DNA from: Treponemataceae bacterium
GTDB lineage: Bacteria > Spirochaetota > Spirochaetia > Treponematales > Rectinemataceae
DNA length: 64,000 nt
Assembly (NCBI GenBank): GCA_963667725.2
Contig: CAXXHO010000003.1
Span: 928,001-992,000 of the forward strand
Reading direction: 5' to 3'
Shown here: one piece after another, positions 21,284 to 31,362 of the stretch
Layout: each line of letters starts with the position of its first letter
Numbering within the stretch: the first letter of the stretch is position 1
The notes under the pieces: generated by a model
Seen by the model: the letters and a program-made list of their open reading frames with translations, nothing else
Database searches by the model: none
Told to the model about the DNA's origin: nothing
Position numbers and translations under genes: made by a program

Positions 21284-22668
21284 GAGGAACAGAATACAAG
21301 GGCCTTACCAAGGCCGACGGCCCCATCGTCATCGCCGCGAGGACGGAGAACGTGGGTTTTTCCGAACTTGTGCGCATAAAGGACAGATACGGACAGCTGA
21401 GGATAGGCCGCGTCGTCGACATCTCGGAGCAGGCCGTGGCCATACAGCTTTTTTCCGACACTTCCGGCATATCGCTCGACGAGGCATGGGTCGAATACCT
21501 GGAAAAGCCCCTCGAGTTTCGCGTCGGCCCCGATATCGTGGGGCGCATCTTCAACGGTCTCGGCAAGCCCATGGACGGCTACCCGGAAATACCATCCTCC
21601 GACTTGCGCGACATAAATGGCCTTCCCATCAACCCCAGCGCTCGCGTCTACCCCAGGGACTTCATCCAGACGGGTATCTCGGCCATAGACGGGATGAACA
21701 CCCTGATCCGCGGCCAGAAGTTGCCCATTTTCTCGGGCAACGGTTTGCCCCATAACAGGCTTGCCGCCCAGATCATTAGGCAGGCCAAGGTGAGGGGAGG
21801 GGAGACCCAGTTCGCCGTCGTCTTCGCTGGTATGGGCATCAAATATGACGTCGCGCGCTACTTCATCGACGCCTTCGAGCAGTCGGGCGTCCTCTCGCGC
21901 GTCGTCATGTTCCTCTCCCTGGCGGACAGCCCCTCCATCGAGCGGCTCCTTACGCCCCGCAGCGCCTTGACCGCCGCCGAGTACCTCGCCTACGAAAAGA
22001 ACATGCACGTCCTCGTCGTGATGACGGACATGACCAATTACTGCGAGGCGCTTCGCGAAGTCTCGGCGGCGCGCAACGAGGTCCCCTCGCGGAAAGGCTA
22101 TCCAGGCTACCTCTATTCTGACCTGGCCTCGCTCTACGAGCGGGCGGGCCGCATCGAGGGATCTGAGGGCTCCATCACGCAGCTGCCCATCCTCTCCATG
22201 CCCAACGACGACATATCCCACCCCATACCCGACCTCACCGGCTACATCACCGAGGGCCAGATCGTCCTGGAGCGGGACCTCGCCCAGCGCGGCGTCTACC
22301 CGCCTATCGCCGGCCTGCCTTCGCTCTCGCGCCTCATGAAAGACGGCATCGGCGAGGGCATGACGAGGGAAGACCACCGGGACCTCTCTTCCCAGCTCTT
22401 TTCGGCCTATGCCTATGTGCGCTCGGTGCGCGACCTGGCCGCCATCATCGGCGAGGAGGAACTCTCGGCGCGCGACAAGGTCTATCTGGAATTCGGCGAA
22501 GCCTTCGAGACGAGATACCTCGCCCAGGGCGAATTCGAGGACAGGAGCATAGAGCAGACCCTCGACCTGGGCTGGTCCATCCTCTCCCTGCTGCCCAGGG
22601 AAGAGCTGGTGCGGATCCCCGAGAACCTGATCAGCAAGTATCTCCCCGAGCGCGGGAAGGGAAACTAA
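21280..22668 (+). CDS. atpB: V/A-type ATPase subunit B
   Basis: [36 protein letters not shown]. Confidence 0.98.
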   Translation: MRGTEYKGLTKADGPIVIAARTENVGFSELVRIKDRYGQLRIGRVVDISEQAVAIQLFSDTSGISLDEAWVEYLEKPLEFRVGPDIVGRIFNGLGKPMDGYPEIPSSDLRDINGLPINPSARVYPRDFIQTGISAIDGMNTLIRGQKLPIFSGNGLPHNRLAAQIIRQAKVRGGETQFAVVFAGMGIKYDVARYFIDAFEQSGVLSRVVMFLSLADSPSIERLLTPRSALTAAEYLAYEKNMHVLVVMTDMTNYCEALREVSAARNEVPSRKGYPGYLYSDLASLYERAGRIEGSEGSITQLPILSMPNDDISHPIPDLTGYITEGQIVLERDLAQRGVYPPIAGLPSLSRLMKDGIGEGMTREDHRDLSSQLFSAYAYVRSVRDLAAIIGEEELSARDKVYLEFGEAFETRYLAQGEFEDRSIEQTLDLGWSILSLLPREELVRIPENLISKYLPERGKGN

Positions 22669-22681
22669 AGGAGCGTCGATC

Positions 22682-23314
22682 ATGGCACAAGCCTATCCGG
22701 CCCCTACCAAAACCAACCTCATCAACGAAAAGCGCGGCCTCGGGCTCGCGCTCCAGGGCTACGATCTCCTCGAGAAGAAGCGCGAAATCCTCGTCATAGA
22801 GCTGCTCAAACGAATGGACGAACTCGGCCTCCTCGAGAAGGAAATCCAGGAACTGACCGAAAAATCCTATCGCCACCTGCGGAAGATGCTCCTCGTCGTC
22901 GGCCGGGAAAGAGCGCTCGCCCTCTCCTCAAAGCCGGTGCGCTCCATCAGTCTCAAGACGGGGAACGTGAACGTCAGCGGCATGAACCTGCCCACCCTCG
23001 TCGTCCGGGCGGGCGCCCCCGAACTCAACTATTCTTTCATAAATTCTTTTGCCGTAGGCGACGAAACCGTGATAGAGTTCAGCGAGCTGTTGCAGAAACT
23101 GGCCGCGGCCGCTGGCCTGCGGTCCATCGTCTGGCGGCTCGCCCGCGAGGTCAAGAAAACCCAGCGGCGCGTCAACGCCCTGGACAAGATGGTGATCCCC
23201 CGGTCGGGAGAAATCGTGAAATTCATAGAATCCACCTTGGACGAGCGGGATCGCGAATCCCTATTCGCCGTGAAGTTGCTCAAACAGCGGATGTCGGAGC
23301 AGGACGCCTTATGA
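22682..23314 (+). CDS. atpD: V/A-type ATPase subunit D
   Basis: PTKTNL, GYDLLEKKR, KKTQRRVNAL. Confidence 0.95.
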   Translation: MAQAYPAPTKTNLINEKRGLGLALQGYDLLEKKREILVIELLKRMDELGLLEKEIQELTEKSYRHLRKMLLVVGRERALALSSKPVRSISLKTGNVNVSGMNLPTLVVRAGAPELNYSFINSFAVGDETVIEFSELLQKLAAAAGLRSIVWRLAREVKKTQRRVNALDKMVIPRSGEIVKFIESTLDERDRESLFAVKLLKQRMSEQDAL

Positions 23315-23793
23315 TACAGATATTCAGGACGATTCTCGTGGCGATAAACGGTTCGGAAGCCTCCATCGACGCGCTGAAATACGCGCTCGCCATGAAGAAG
23401 CAGTTCGGTTCGAAGCTCATCGCCTGTTATGTCGTCGATACGGCCACCATACGCCAACTCGCCCTTTCCCGGATATTCGTGCCCGACGAGAGCGAGGAAT
23501 ACGAGCGGAGCCTGGAGAATTCGGGCCGCCGCTATCTCAATTTCTGCGTGGAAATCGCCGCGAAAAAGCGCCTGACCGTGGAGACGCTTCTCGGGAAAGG
23601 CTCGGTTCCGGGCGAGATCATCAGGGCCTCGATCGAGAACGGCGCCGATTGCATCGTCATCGGCGGCCAGCCCTCCGAGATGCAGTCCAGGGACGCCGTG
23701 GCCGACGCGAACCGCGAAATTCTGCGGAACGCTCGCTGTCCTGTCGTGTTCATAAAGCCGGGCATGGGCGAAGAGCTCTACAGGGGCCTGTAA
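23311..23793 (+). CDS. Universal stress protein
   Basis: ILVAINGSEAS...ADCIVIG...ILRNARCPV. Confidence 0.88.
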   Translation: MIQIFRTILVAINGSEASIDALKYALAMKKQFGSKLIACYVVDTATIRQLALSRIFVPDESEEYERSLENSGRRYLNFCVEIAAKKRLTVETLLGKGSVPGEIIRASIENGADCIVIGGQPSEMQSRDAVADANREILRNARCPVVFIKPGMGEELYRGL

Positions 23794-23842
23794 ACGGATT
23801 GTTACGATTCTTTTTCGTTGCTATAGTAGCCGCGAGGAATAA

Positions 23843-24250
23843 ATGCGTATTGCTGTTGTCGCTATAAGCGAGAAAAAAACCGACAGACTCCTGAAGCTGG
23901 CCCGCGCGGCCTCGCGTGAATTCAGCCTGATGGGTCATGTCTCGGACTTTTTCGAGGCGGTGGATTATCGGCTATCCACATACGACTTCCTGGTGGTATG
24001 CTCGGAACCCAGCGGACTCGGAAGCGGCATAGGCAAAAAGCTAGGCGAGCAGCTTTCGAGCGGCGGGAATCTCGTGGGCAAACGAACCATGGCCCTTCTC
24101 GTCAAGTCCGGACTCCTTCCCCAAAAAGCGCTCGCGGTCATGATGACGTCTCTCGAGAAGGAAGGCATGATCGTCACGATGGGCAAAGTCGTCGCGAACG
24201 ATGGCGAATCGGTAGCGGCGGCGCGGGAAGCACCACTTTTACGGGGCTAG
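23843..24250 (+). CDS. Hypothetical protein (possible flavodoxin-like fold)
   Basis: 135-aa alpha/beta ORF within a co-oriented gene run. Confidence 0.55.
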   Translation: MRIAVVAISEKKTDRLLKLARAASREFSLMGHVSDFFEAVDYRLSTYDFLVVCSEPSGLGSGIGKKLGEQLSSGGNLVGKRTMALLVKSGLLPQKALAVMMTSLEKEGMIVTMGKVVANDGESVAAAREAPLLRG

Positions 24251-24254
24251 ATAC

Positions 24255-25133
24255 GTGGAAAATTACTACGATGTGCTTGGCGTCCCTCCCGACTCTGATC
24301 AGAGCGCCATAAAAAGCGCCTTCAGGAAAAAAGCGAAGAAGTATCATCCCGACACGAGCGCCTCCGAAAGACCCTCGAGCGGTCAAGAGGCCAGGGAGAA
24401 AATCGACTACGGCAAGACGGCCAAGGGTTCGGTGGCCTCGGTGCGCGAATCGGCCATGCGCCTCATCCTCGAAGCCTACAGGATTCTTTCGGACGGCGAA
24501 AAGCGGCGGGCTTACGACCGCAGCCTGAGGAGACAGAAGCTCGAACAGGGGGGATTCAACTACAGGGCTTTCCTGAAGGCCAGAACCCACGATCCCGAGA
24601 GTCAGGCCAAGCTCATCGTCTACGACCTTCTCCATAATTTCGACGACGAAGCCCTGGAAACCTACGAGCGCTCCAAATCCTTCGGCGATTTCAGGCTCGA
24701 GCGCTGGCTGGAAAGAGGCGACGCCATGGACGCCGAATACTGCCTGGCCGAGGAATACGAAAAGCGGGGGCGGCTTCTCAAAGCCTATGCCATCTACAAG
24801 CGGCTCATCGCCATGGAACACGAAAAAGCCTGGTTCCGTTACTACTACGATGTCGTCGCGCTGAAGTTCAGAACGCTGGTGCTGCAGAAAATGCCGGGAC
24901 GGATAGACGAGGACGACTATCTCGACAGGCTGGAAGAATCGATCGCCCTTGAGGTTGGGGTCAGGGATTCGGCGCAGTTCCTGAGGAAAAAAGCCGAAGT
25001 CCATCTGCGCCGCAAGGAATGGGGCGAGGCGCATCAAGCTCTCGAGCGGGCATCCCGCCTAGTGCCCAGGCTGCCGGGACTGAGCGCGGTTCGCAGGCGT
25101 CTCGCCGAAGCCGACGTCGATCCGCTCGCCTGA
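24255..25133 (+). CDS. J-domain (DnaJ-type) protein with helical/TPR-like C-terminus
   Basis: NYYDVLGV...KKYHPD...EAYRILSD..KRRAYD. Confidence 0.88.
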   Translation: MENYYDVLGVPPDSDQSAIKSAFRKKAKKYHPDTSASERPSSGQEAREKIDYGKTAKGSVASVRESAMRLILEAYRILSDGEKRRAYDRSLRRQKLEQGGFNYRAFLKARTHDPESQAKLIVYDLLHNFDDEALETYERSKSFGDFRLERWLERGDAMDAEYCLAEEYEKRGRLLKAYAIYKRLIAMEHEKAWFRYYYDVVALKFRTLVLQKMPGRIDEDDYLDRLEESIALEVGVRDSAQFLRKKAEVHLRRKEWGEAHQALERASRLVPRLPGLSAVRRRLAEADVDPLA

Positions 25134-25293
25134 GAGTATTTTCCGCGCCCGATTACGCGGCGGGCACATCGAAATGGCTCTGCTCTATTGAAATACCCTG
25201 GGTTTTGGTTTACCTTCTCCAATCGGGTTTGTTATAAACTGTGTAGGATTTCCGCCTAATAGGCTATGTATGAAGCAAGAGCGAGTATAAAAG

Positions 25294-26322
25294 ATGAGAA
25301 AGATTTTACCTGCTTTGTTCGCACTCGTAGGTCTGGCCGCCCTCGGCGCCCAGACTACCATCGATAAACCTGCCGCCACCATAAAACTGACCAAGCAGGA
25401 AGTCATCTCCGTCCGCCAGATCAAGACCGACGTCCAGCGTCTCGAAAAAGCCGCGGGCATCACCTTCACCGTCGAACAGATCAAGCAGGTTCTCGACGCG
25501 AGGATCAACAGTCTCCTTTTCGTCCAGTTCTGCGAAAGGGAGAAGATTTCCGTAAGCGATACCGATATCAGCAACGCCCTCGCGCAGATGAAGGCCAGTC
25601 TTGGGGCCAAGGCGACAGACGCGGATCTTGAAAGCCAGCTGAGGGCGAGCGGCGTCTTCGTCGAGCCGAAAGTATATGTCCGCCAGCGTCTTCTTTTCGA
25701 AACCTACGTCCAGACCAAGCGGAAGGACGAGCTGAAGGCCATTCTCGTCGCTCCCAGCGCCGACGAGATCCTCAAGGCCTACGATCTCGCGAAGGCTTCC
25801 CTCGTCCGCCCGGACACCATGAGGGTCAGCGTCCTCTATGTGGACACGAGGCTCAAGAGCGATGTCGACGCCAAGAAGGCCAAGGATACGCTGCAGTCGG
25901 TAGCCTCAGCGCTCAAGGTTAACCCCACGAAATTCGATGAGTACATGCTGAGATCGAGCGACGCGGCGGGGTACAAGTCCATACCCTCCCTCTATATAGA
26001 AAAGACCGCCCAGAACAAGAGCCTTTTCGGGGCCGATCTCTTCGATGTCGTCTTCAAGCTCAAGGCCGGCGATATCTCCGGCATGGTCGAGAGCCCCACT
26101 GGATACAGGATCGTGAGGGCCAACGAGTTCCTTCCGCAGAAGCAGCTGGGCCTGGCCGATCCTGTCCCGGGCAACCAGAACATGACAATTCAGCAGTTCA
26201 TCGCCTATCAGGTGGCTTCGGCGAAGGAAGCGCAGTTCATGGACAAGCTGGAAGCCGATCTCATCACGAAGCTAAGAGGCGAGGCTTCCATAAAGACCTT
26301 TGACGAAAATCTGAAATGGTAA
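25294..26322 (+). CDS. Periplasmic SurA/PrsA-like peptidyl-prolyl isomerase/chaperone
   Basis: Signal peptide, SurA N-like helices, parvulin-like LKAGDISGMVESPTGYRIV. Confidence 0.8.
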   Translation: MRKILPALFALVGLAALGAQTTIDKPAATIKLTKQEVISVRQIKTDVQRLEKAAGITFTVEQIKQVLDARINSLLFVQFCEREKISVSDTDISNALAQMKASLGAKATDADLESQLRASGVFVEPKVYVRQRLLFETYVQTKRKDELKAILVAPSADEILKAYDLAKASLVRPDTMRVSVLYVDTRLKSDVDAKKAKDTLQSVASALKVNPTKFDEYMLRSSDAAGYKSIPSLYIEKTAQNKSLFGADLFDVVFKLKAGDISGMVESPTGYRIVRANEFLPQKQLGLADPVPGNQNMTIQQFIAYQVASAKEAQFMDKLEADLITKLRGEASIKTFDENLKW

Positions 26323-26335
26323 AAAGAGGGAGCTG

Positions 26336-26791
26336 ATGGCTTCACGCAGGAAAGCAAGAATACTCGCTTTTCAGGCACTGTATGCCTGGGAAGCTTCCCG
26401 TTCGTCGCTCGACGATCTACTCAAATTCGCGTGGCTCGAGGCTTCGAAGGTCGAACAGCTCGAGGACGATACGGCCGCGTTCACGAGACTCATCATCGCG
26501 GGAACCCTCGAAAACATGGAAGAGATCGACGCGAGGATAAAGAAGCACTTGTCCCACTGGCCCTTCGAGAGACTCAAGAAAGTCGATCTGGCCATCTTGA
26601 GGATGGGGACGTATTGCCTCCTGTTCCAGGACGACATCCCCGCCCAGATCACGATCGACGAAGCCATCGAAATCGCCAAGGAATATGGTTCGGAAGATTC
26701 ATATAAATTCATCAACGGCGTACTGGACGGGATCCACAAGGATACAGGGCAGGGAGACTCCGGAGGGGGAAACCCAGACGCTAAGCGCTGA
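26336..26791 (+). CDS. nusB: Transcription antitermination factor NusB
   Basis: RRKARILAFQALY, IDEAIEIAKEYG, FINGVLD. Confidence 0.96.
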   Translation: MASRRKARILAFQALYAWEASRSSLDDLLKFAWLEASKVEQLEDDTAAFTRLIIAGTLENMEEIDARIKKHLSHWPFERLKKVDLAILRMGTYCLLFQDDIPAQITIDEAIEIAKEYGSEDSYKFINGVLDGIHKDTGQGDSGGGNPDAKR

Positions 26792-26800
26792 GGCAGGTAC

Positions 26801-27553
26801 ATGATCAGACTCAAGAACAAGGAACAGATTGAAGGCATACGCAAATCCTGCGTCCTCCTCTCCGAATTTCTCGAAAAGCTTCGCCCCATGGTGCAGCCCG
26901 GGGTAAGTCTTCTCGAACTCGACAAGTTCGCCTACGACTACACGATAAAGCGCGGAGGCAAGCCGGCCTTCCTCGACTACGAGGGCTATCCGGCTTCCAT
27001 CTGTCTTTCCGTCAACGAAACCGTCATCCATGGTATTCCCAGCAAACGCCGCCTCGTCGAGGGCGACATAATCGGCGCCGACTACGGCATCGAGCTGGAC
27101 GGCTATTTTTCCGATTCAGCGGTCACCTGGGCCGTCGGCAAGGTCAGCCCCGAGGCTGACCAGCTCATGAGGGTGACGAGAGAATGCCTGGACAAGGCCA
27201 TAGAGGCCGTCGTTCCCGGCGCCCGCATCCACGACATAGCCAGGGCTGTTTTCAGCCATGCCACGCGCTACGGCTACGGCGTCGTGCGCCAGTACTGCGG
27301 CCATGGCGTCGGCCTCGAAATGCACGAGGATCCGCAGATCCCCAATTATATCTCCAGCGGACCCAATCCGAGACTCCTTCCCGGCATGGTCATCGCCATC
27401 GAACCGATGATAAACGCGGGCAAGGGCGACGTGAAGGAACTGGCAGACGACTGGACGGTTGTGACGCTCGACGGGTCCCTGTCGGCGCATTATGAGCACA
27501 GCGTTCTTGTCACCGAGTCCGGTCACGAGGTTCTCACTTCCTGGACTTTCTAG
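26801..27553 (+). CDS. map: Methionine aminopeptidase type I
   Basis: SVNETVIHGIP, GHGVG..MHEDP, AIEPM, SAHYEHS. Confidence 0.97.
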   Translation: MIRLKNKEQIEGIRKSCVLLSEFLEKLRPMVQPGVSLLELDKFAYDYTIKRGGKPAFLDYEGYPASICLSVNETVIHGIPSKRRLVEGDIIGADYGIELDGYFSDSAVTWAVGKVSPEADQLMRVTRECLDKAIEAVVPGARIHDIARAVFSHATRYGYGVVRQYCGHGVGLEMHEDPQIPNYISSGPNPRLLPGMVIAIEPMINAGKGDVKELADDWTVVTLDGSLSAHYEHSVLVTESGHEVLTSWTF

Positions 27554-27668
27554 TGAGCGTTGATTGTCATATAGCCTGATGCTTCCGCCTATTTGGCTGC
27601 TGTAACGAAAATCAGTATTTTATCTTTTAGTTAGTAGCACACTGGAAATCGCATCTCAGGAGAAGCAT

Positions 27669-29204
27669 ATGGCATTGAACAAAAAGCTCTACTCAAGAAA
27701 ATTTTTCATAGCGAACCTCATCATCTTGGGCGTGATCATCGGCTTCGTCTTCGCCTTCGTGGGCGGCCGATCCCTCGGCGGCGTTTCGCAGAAGTTGGTT
27801 TCGCTGCCGATAGTCGAGGCGGAAACGCCGAGCGTGCAGGTGACGCCCGAAATAGGCGCGGCCCTCTCCCAAGCCGAGGCTGTCCAGACCGCCTTCCGCT
27901 ATGTCGCCAACACCGTTCTGCCCTCGGTGGTGGAACTCGATGTCGTGGACAAAGTGTCGGATACCCCGAAAACCCAACCTAGCATCCCCTTCGAATTTTT
28001 CTTCGGTCCGCAGGAAACCATTCCCGACCAGAAGACGCCGAAATTTGGCCAGGAAGGCCTCGGATCGGGCGTCATCGTCAGGAAAACCGGCAAGACCGTC
28101 TACATCCTCACGAACAACCATGTGGCGGGCAACGCTGAGAAGATCACCGTCATAATGAGCGACGGCAGGGAATTCCCCGGCACACTTGTGGGAGCCGACG
28201 AGCGCAAGGATATCGCCCTCGTGAAGTTCGAAACGAGCGATCCCGATATCGTGGTAGCCAAGCTGGGCGATTCCTCGAAAATACAGGTAGGAGACTGGGC
28301 TATCGCCCTCGGCAGCCCGCTCGGCCTTGTGTCCTCGGTGACGGCGGGCATCGTGAGCGCCGTGGGCAGAAATGGTGGTCCGGACGGCAATATCAACGAT
28401 TTCATCCAGACAGACGCGGCCATCAACCAGGGCAACTCCGGCGGAGCCCTCGTCAACATCAGGGGCGAAGTCGTGGGCATCAATACATGGATAGCCACGC
28501 AGACCGGCGGCTCCGTGGGCCTGGGTTTCGCCATCCCCATCAACAACCTCAAAAGCGCGATCGACGATTTCATCCAGCACAAGACCGTCCGCTACGGCTG
28601 GCTCGGAGTGAGCCTCCTCGGCATCAACGGCGACAAGGCCACGGCCAAAGAGCTCGGCATAGAGGATAAGAAGGGCGCCTTTGTCGCTCATGTCTTCAAG
28701 AACGGCCCCGCCTACAACGGCGGCGTCCTGCCGGGCGACTTCATAACCGGCGTCGACGGGGCGGACGTGAAGTCCCAGGACGAGCTTGTCCGCAAGATCG
28801 GCGACATTCCCGCTGGATCCTCGGCAGTCATCGACCTGATCAGGGCGGGTAAGAAAATGAGCCTCAAGGTCAAGATCGATCTGCGCGACAAAACAGTCGC
28901 CAGCAACAACAAGGACCTCTATCCTGGCCTTTCGGTGATCTCACTTCAGTCGGAGTCCATCGACCAGACAAAGGTGCCGGAAAGCGCCAAGGGCGGCATC
29001 GCCGTAACCGACGTCATAGCCAAGAGTCCGGCTTCGGTGATGGGGCTCAAGGCTGGCGACATCATCATTAAGCTGAACGAGAAGAAGGTGGAAGGACTCA
29101 TCTGGTTCTACCAGCAGATCAACGACCCGAGCGTTAAAAAGCTGACCTTCACGGTGGTCCGCGACGAGCAGATAATCGATACCCTTGCTTTAAATAAAAA
29201 CTGA
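27669..29204 (+). CDS. htrA: Do/HtrA family serine protease with two PDZ domains
   Basis: TNNHV, DIAL, QTDAAINQGNSGGAL; N-terminal TM helix. Confidence 0.95.
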   Translation: MALNKKLYSRKFFIANLIILGVIIGFVFAFVGGRSLGGVSQKLVSLPIVEAETPSVQVTPEIGAALSQAEAVQTAFRYVANTVLPSVVELDVVDKVSDTPKTQPSIPFEFFFGPQETIPDQKTPKFGQEGLGSGVIVRKTGKTVYILTNNHVAGNAEKITVIMSDGREFPGTLVGADERKDIALVKFETSDPDIVVAKLGDSSKIQVGDWAIALGSPLGLVSSVTAGIVSAVGRNGGPDGNINDFIQTDAAINQGNSGGALVNIRGEVVGINTWIATQTGGSVGLGFAIPINNLKSAIDDFIQHKTVRYGWLGVSLLGINGDKATAKELGIEDKKGAFVAHVFKNGPAYNGGVLPGDFITGVDGADVKSQDELVRKIGDIPAGSSAVIDLIRAGKKMSLKVKIDLRDKTVASNNKDLYPGLSVISLQSESIDQTKVPESAKGGIAVTDVIAKSPASVMGLKAGDIIIKLNEKKVEGLIWFYQQINDPSVKKLTFTVVRDEQIIDTLALNKN

Positions 29205-29231
29205 TAGTATTATCCCATCTTCGCGATAACT

Positions 29232-29268
29232 GCTTGAAGCCCTGATTTTTCAGGGCTTCAAGCTTTTT
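29232..29268 (+). terminator. Rho-independent terminator after htrA
   Basis: gcttgaagccctga-tttt-tcagggcttcaagc (14-bp perfect stem) followed by TTTTT. Confidence 0.85.
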
Positions 29269-29320
29269 GACCATATGCGGTCCCCCTTGAGGAACGCGGA
29301 ATATTCTCCCGAGAGGCCCT

Positions 29321-29926
29321 ATGCACAAAGAATTCGTTCCCTACGACACCATCAGGAACAATGCCCTGAAGATGGCCTACCGTATCTACAAAGATGGATT
29401 CATCCCCGATATCATCTACGTGTCCCTGAGGGGCGGGGCCTATATGGGGAATGTCATAAGCGAGTATTTCAAGTTCATCACCGGCGAGACAAACCCCGTT
29501 TTCTACGCGGCTGTCGTCGCCCGCTCCTATACCGACGTGAGCACCCAGGAAGAGGTCAAGATCGACGGATGGACCTACAGTCCCGACCTCTTCCATGGAG
29601 GGGAAAAGGTGATGCTCGTCGACGACGTCTACGACTCGGGAAGGACCGTCAACTACCTCACCGAAGTGTTCATGCGAAAGGGCTTGCCGCGCGCCAACAT
29701 CAAGGTCGTCGTTCACGACTACAAGGTCCGCGAATACCTGCCCGACACCCATCCCATCCACCCCGATTACTGGTGCCGCAAGATCGAAGTGCCCACGCTG
29801 GAAGACGAGACCTGGATCCACTACATGAGCCACGAGCTTGTCGGCCTGTCGGCCGCCGAAGCCCAGAAGTACTATATCGACAAGGATCCCGAACTGGCCG
29901 AGGCCATGAAGCTCGTCACCGGCTGA
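29321..29926 (+). CDS. Type I phosphoribosyltransferase
   Basis: SLRGG; PRPP-binding motif VMLVDDVYDSGRT. Confidence 0.88.
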   Translation: MHKEFVPYDTIRNNALKMAYRIYKDGFIPDIIYVSLRGGAYMGNVISEYFKFITGETNPVFYAAVVARSYTDVSTQEEVKIDGWTYSPDLFHGGEKVMLVDDVYDSGRTVNYLTEVFMRKGLPRANIKVVVHDYKVREYLPDTHPIHPDYWCRKIEVPTLEDETWIHYMSHELVGLSAAEAQKYYIDKDPELAEAMKLVTG

Positions 29927-29947
29927 AAATTCAGGAAAAGAAACTGA

Positions 29948-29984
29948 AAAAGAGGGCGGCCCGCATCGCGGGCCGCCCTCTTTT
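29948..29984. terminator. Bidirectional terminator between the PRTase gene and glgC
   Basis: aaaagagggcggcccgc-atc-gcgggccgccctctttt between convergent genes. Confidence 0.88.
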
Positions 29985-30005
29985 CATAGGTTCGGAATCG
30001 GGTTT

Positions 30006-31280
30006 TCAGATCGCCGTGCCGGCCGGCACGATCATGTTCTTGGGAATGACGATGACGCCGTCCACGACATAGTGCGTGGCGTATTCGCCCTCGGGCCGCG
30101 GCATGTCGTCGATGCCTATCCTGCAGTTGGGGCCTATCCTCGCGTTCTTGTCGATGATGGCTCGCCTCAGTATGCTTCCGCCGCCGATGCCGATGTTAGG
30201 AATCCCTTTCAGGGCGTTGGCCTTCTTATCCTCTTCCGTTTCATAGCGGTCGGCGCCCATGCATATCACGCCGTCGAGGCTCGCGCCCGACTCGATGATC
30301 GTGCGAATTCCCACGATGGAGCGCGATATGGACGCGTTGGTGATGATGCAGCCGTCGGTGGCCAATGCCTGGTTCAGCGTGCAGTAGTTGAGCTTGGACG
30401 CTGGAAGATTCCTGTTGTGCGTGAAAATCGGGTTGTCCTCGTCGTAGAAATTGAACTTCGGGTTGATGTCAGTCAGCTGGATATTCGCGTCGTAGAAGCT
30501 CTTGATCGTTCCGATATCTTCCCAGTAGCCGTCGAAAAGGTAGGCGTTGATTTTTTCCTTGGCGAGGATGTCGGGAATGACTTCCTTTCCGAAGTCGTTC
30601 GAGTCGCCGGCGAGGGCTTCTTCCATGAGGGAAGCGTCGAAGATGTAGATGCCCATGCTCGCGAGGTATTCATTTTCCGGCGCGGAGGATTTCGGGCGGA
30701 TCTCGTCGGGGAGCTTGAAATCCGAGATGTCCTTCGCTGGACCCGGCTTTTCCATGAAGGATTCGATCAGCGAATCCTTTCCCGTCTTGATGATGCCGAG
30801 GGCGCTCGCCGTAGTCCTGTCCACCATGGTGCCGGCGATCGTGAGCCTGGCCTTCGAGGCGAGATGTCTCCTGAACATGTCGCCCAAGTCCATCCTGTAG
30901 AGCTGGTCGCCCGATACGATGAGGTAATGGGTGGGGTTCTGCGGCCTGAAATGGATGAGGTTCTTGCGCACGGCGTCGGCCGTGCCCTCATACCAGCCCG
31001 AATGGACAGGGGTCTGCTCCGCGGCGAGGATTTCCACGAATCCGCTCGAGAACGTATCGAAATTGTAGGACTTGGCGATGTGCAGATGGAGGCTCGCGGA
31101 GTTGAACTGGGTGAGGATGTAAATCTTCTTGAAACCGGCGTTGATGCAGTTCGATATGGGAATATCGACGATGCGGAACTTGCCTCCGAAGGGAACGGCC
31201 GGCTTGGATCTTTCCTTGGTGAGGGGGAATAGACGAGTGCCTTTGCCGCCGCCAAGCACGATCGACAATACTTTCAGCAT
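30006..31280 (-). CDS. glgC: Glucose-1-phosphate adenylyltransferase
   Basis: GGGKGTRLFPLT..RSKPAVPFGG, EGTADAVR, EKP, YWEDIGT. Confidence 0.97.
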   Translation of the reverse strand: MLKVLSIVLGGGKGTRLFPLTKERSKPAVPFGGKFRIVDIPISNCINAGFKKIYILTQFNSASLHLHIAKSYNFDTFSSGFVEILAAEQTPVHSGWYEGTADAVRKNLIHFRPQNPTHYLIVSGDQLYRMDLGDMFRRHLASKARLTIAGTMVDRTTASALGIIKTGKDSLIESFMEKPGPAKDISDFKLPDEIRPKSSAPENEYLASMGIYIFDASLMEEALAGDSNDFGKEVIPDILAKEKINAYLFDGYWEDIGTIKSFYDANIQLTDINPKFNFYDEDNPIFTHNRNLPASKLNYCTLNQALATDGCIITNASISRSIVGIRTIIESGASLDGVICMGADRYETEEDKKANALKGIPNIGIGGGSILRRAIIDKNARIGPNCRIGIDDMPRPEGEYATHYVVDGVIVIPKNMIVPAGTAI

Positions 31281-31362
31281 GATGGCCCCTTTCGCGCGGG
31301 TGTGTTGAAAAATATATACACATCTGTTTACCTAAGCACCCAGCGCGTGTAAAGTATAGCTT

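Noticed and set aside
20749..22683. 644-aa minus-strand ORF, and similar ones opposite gap, pgk, tpiA, glgC and the TPR gene
   Set aside because: Antisense shadows of well-supported genes.
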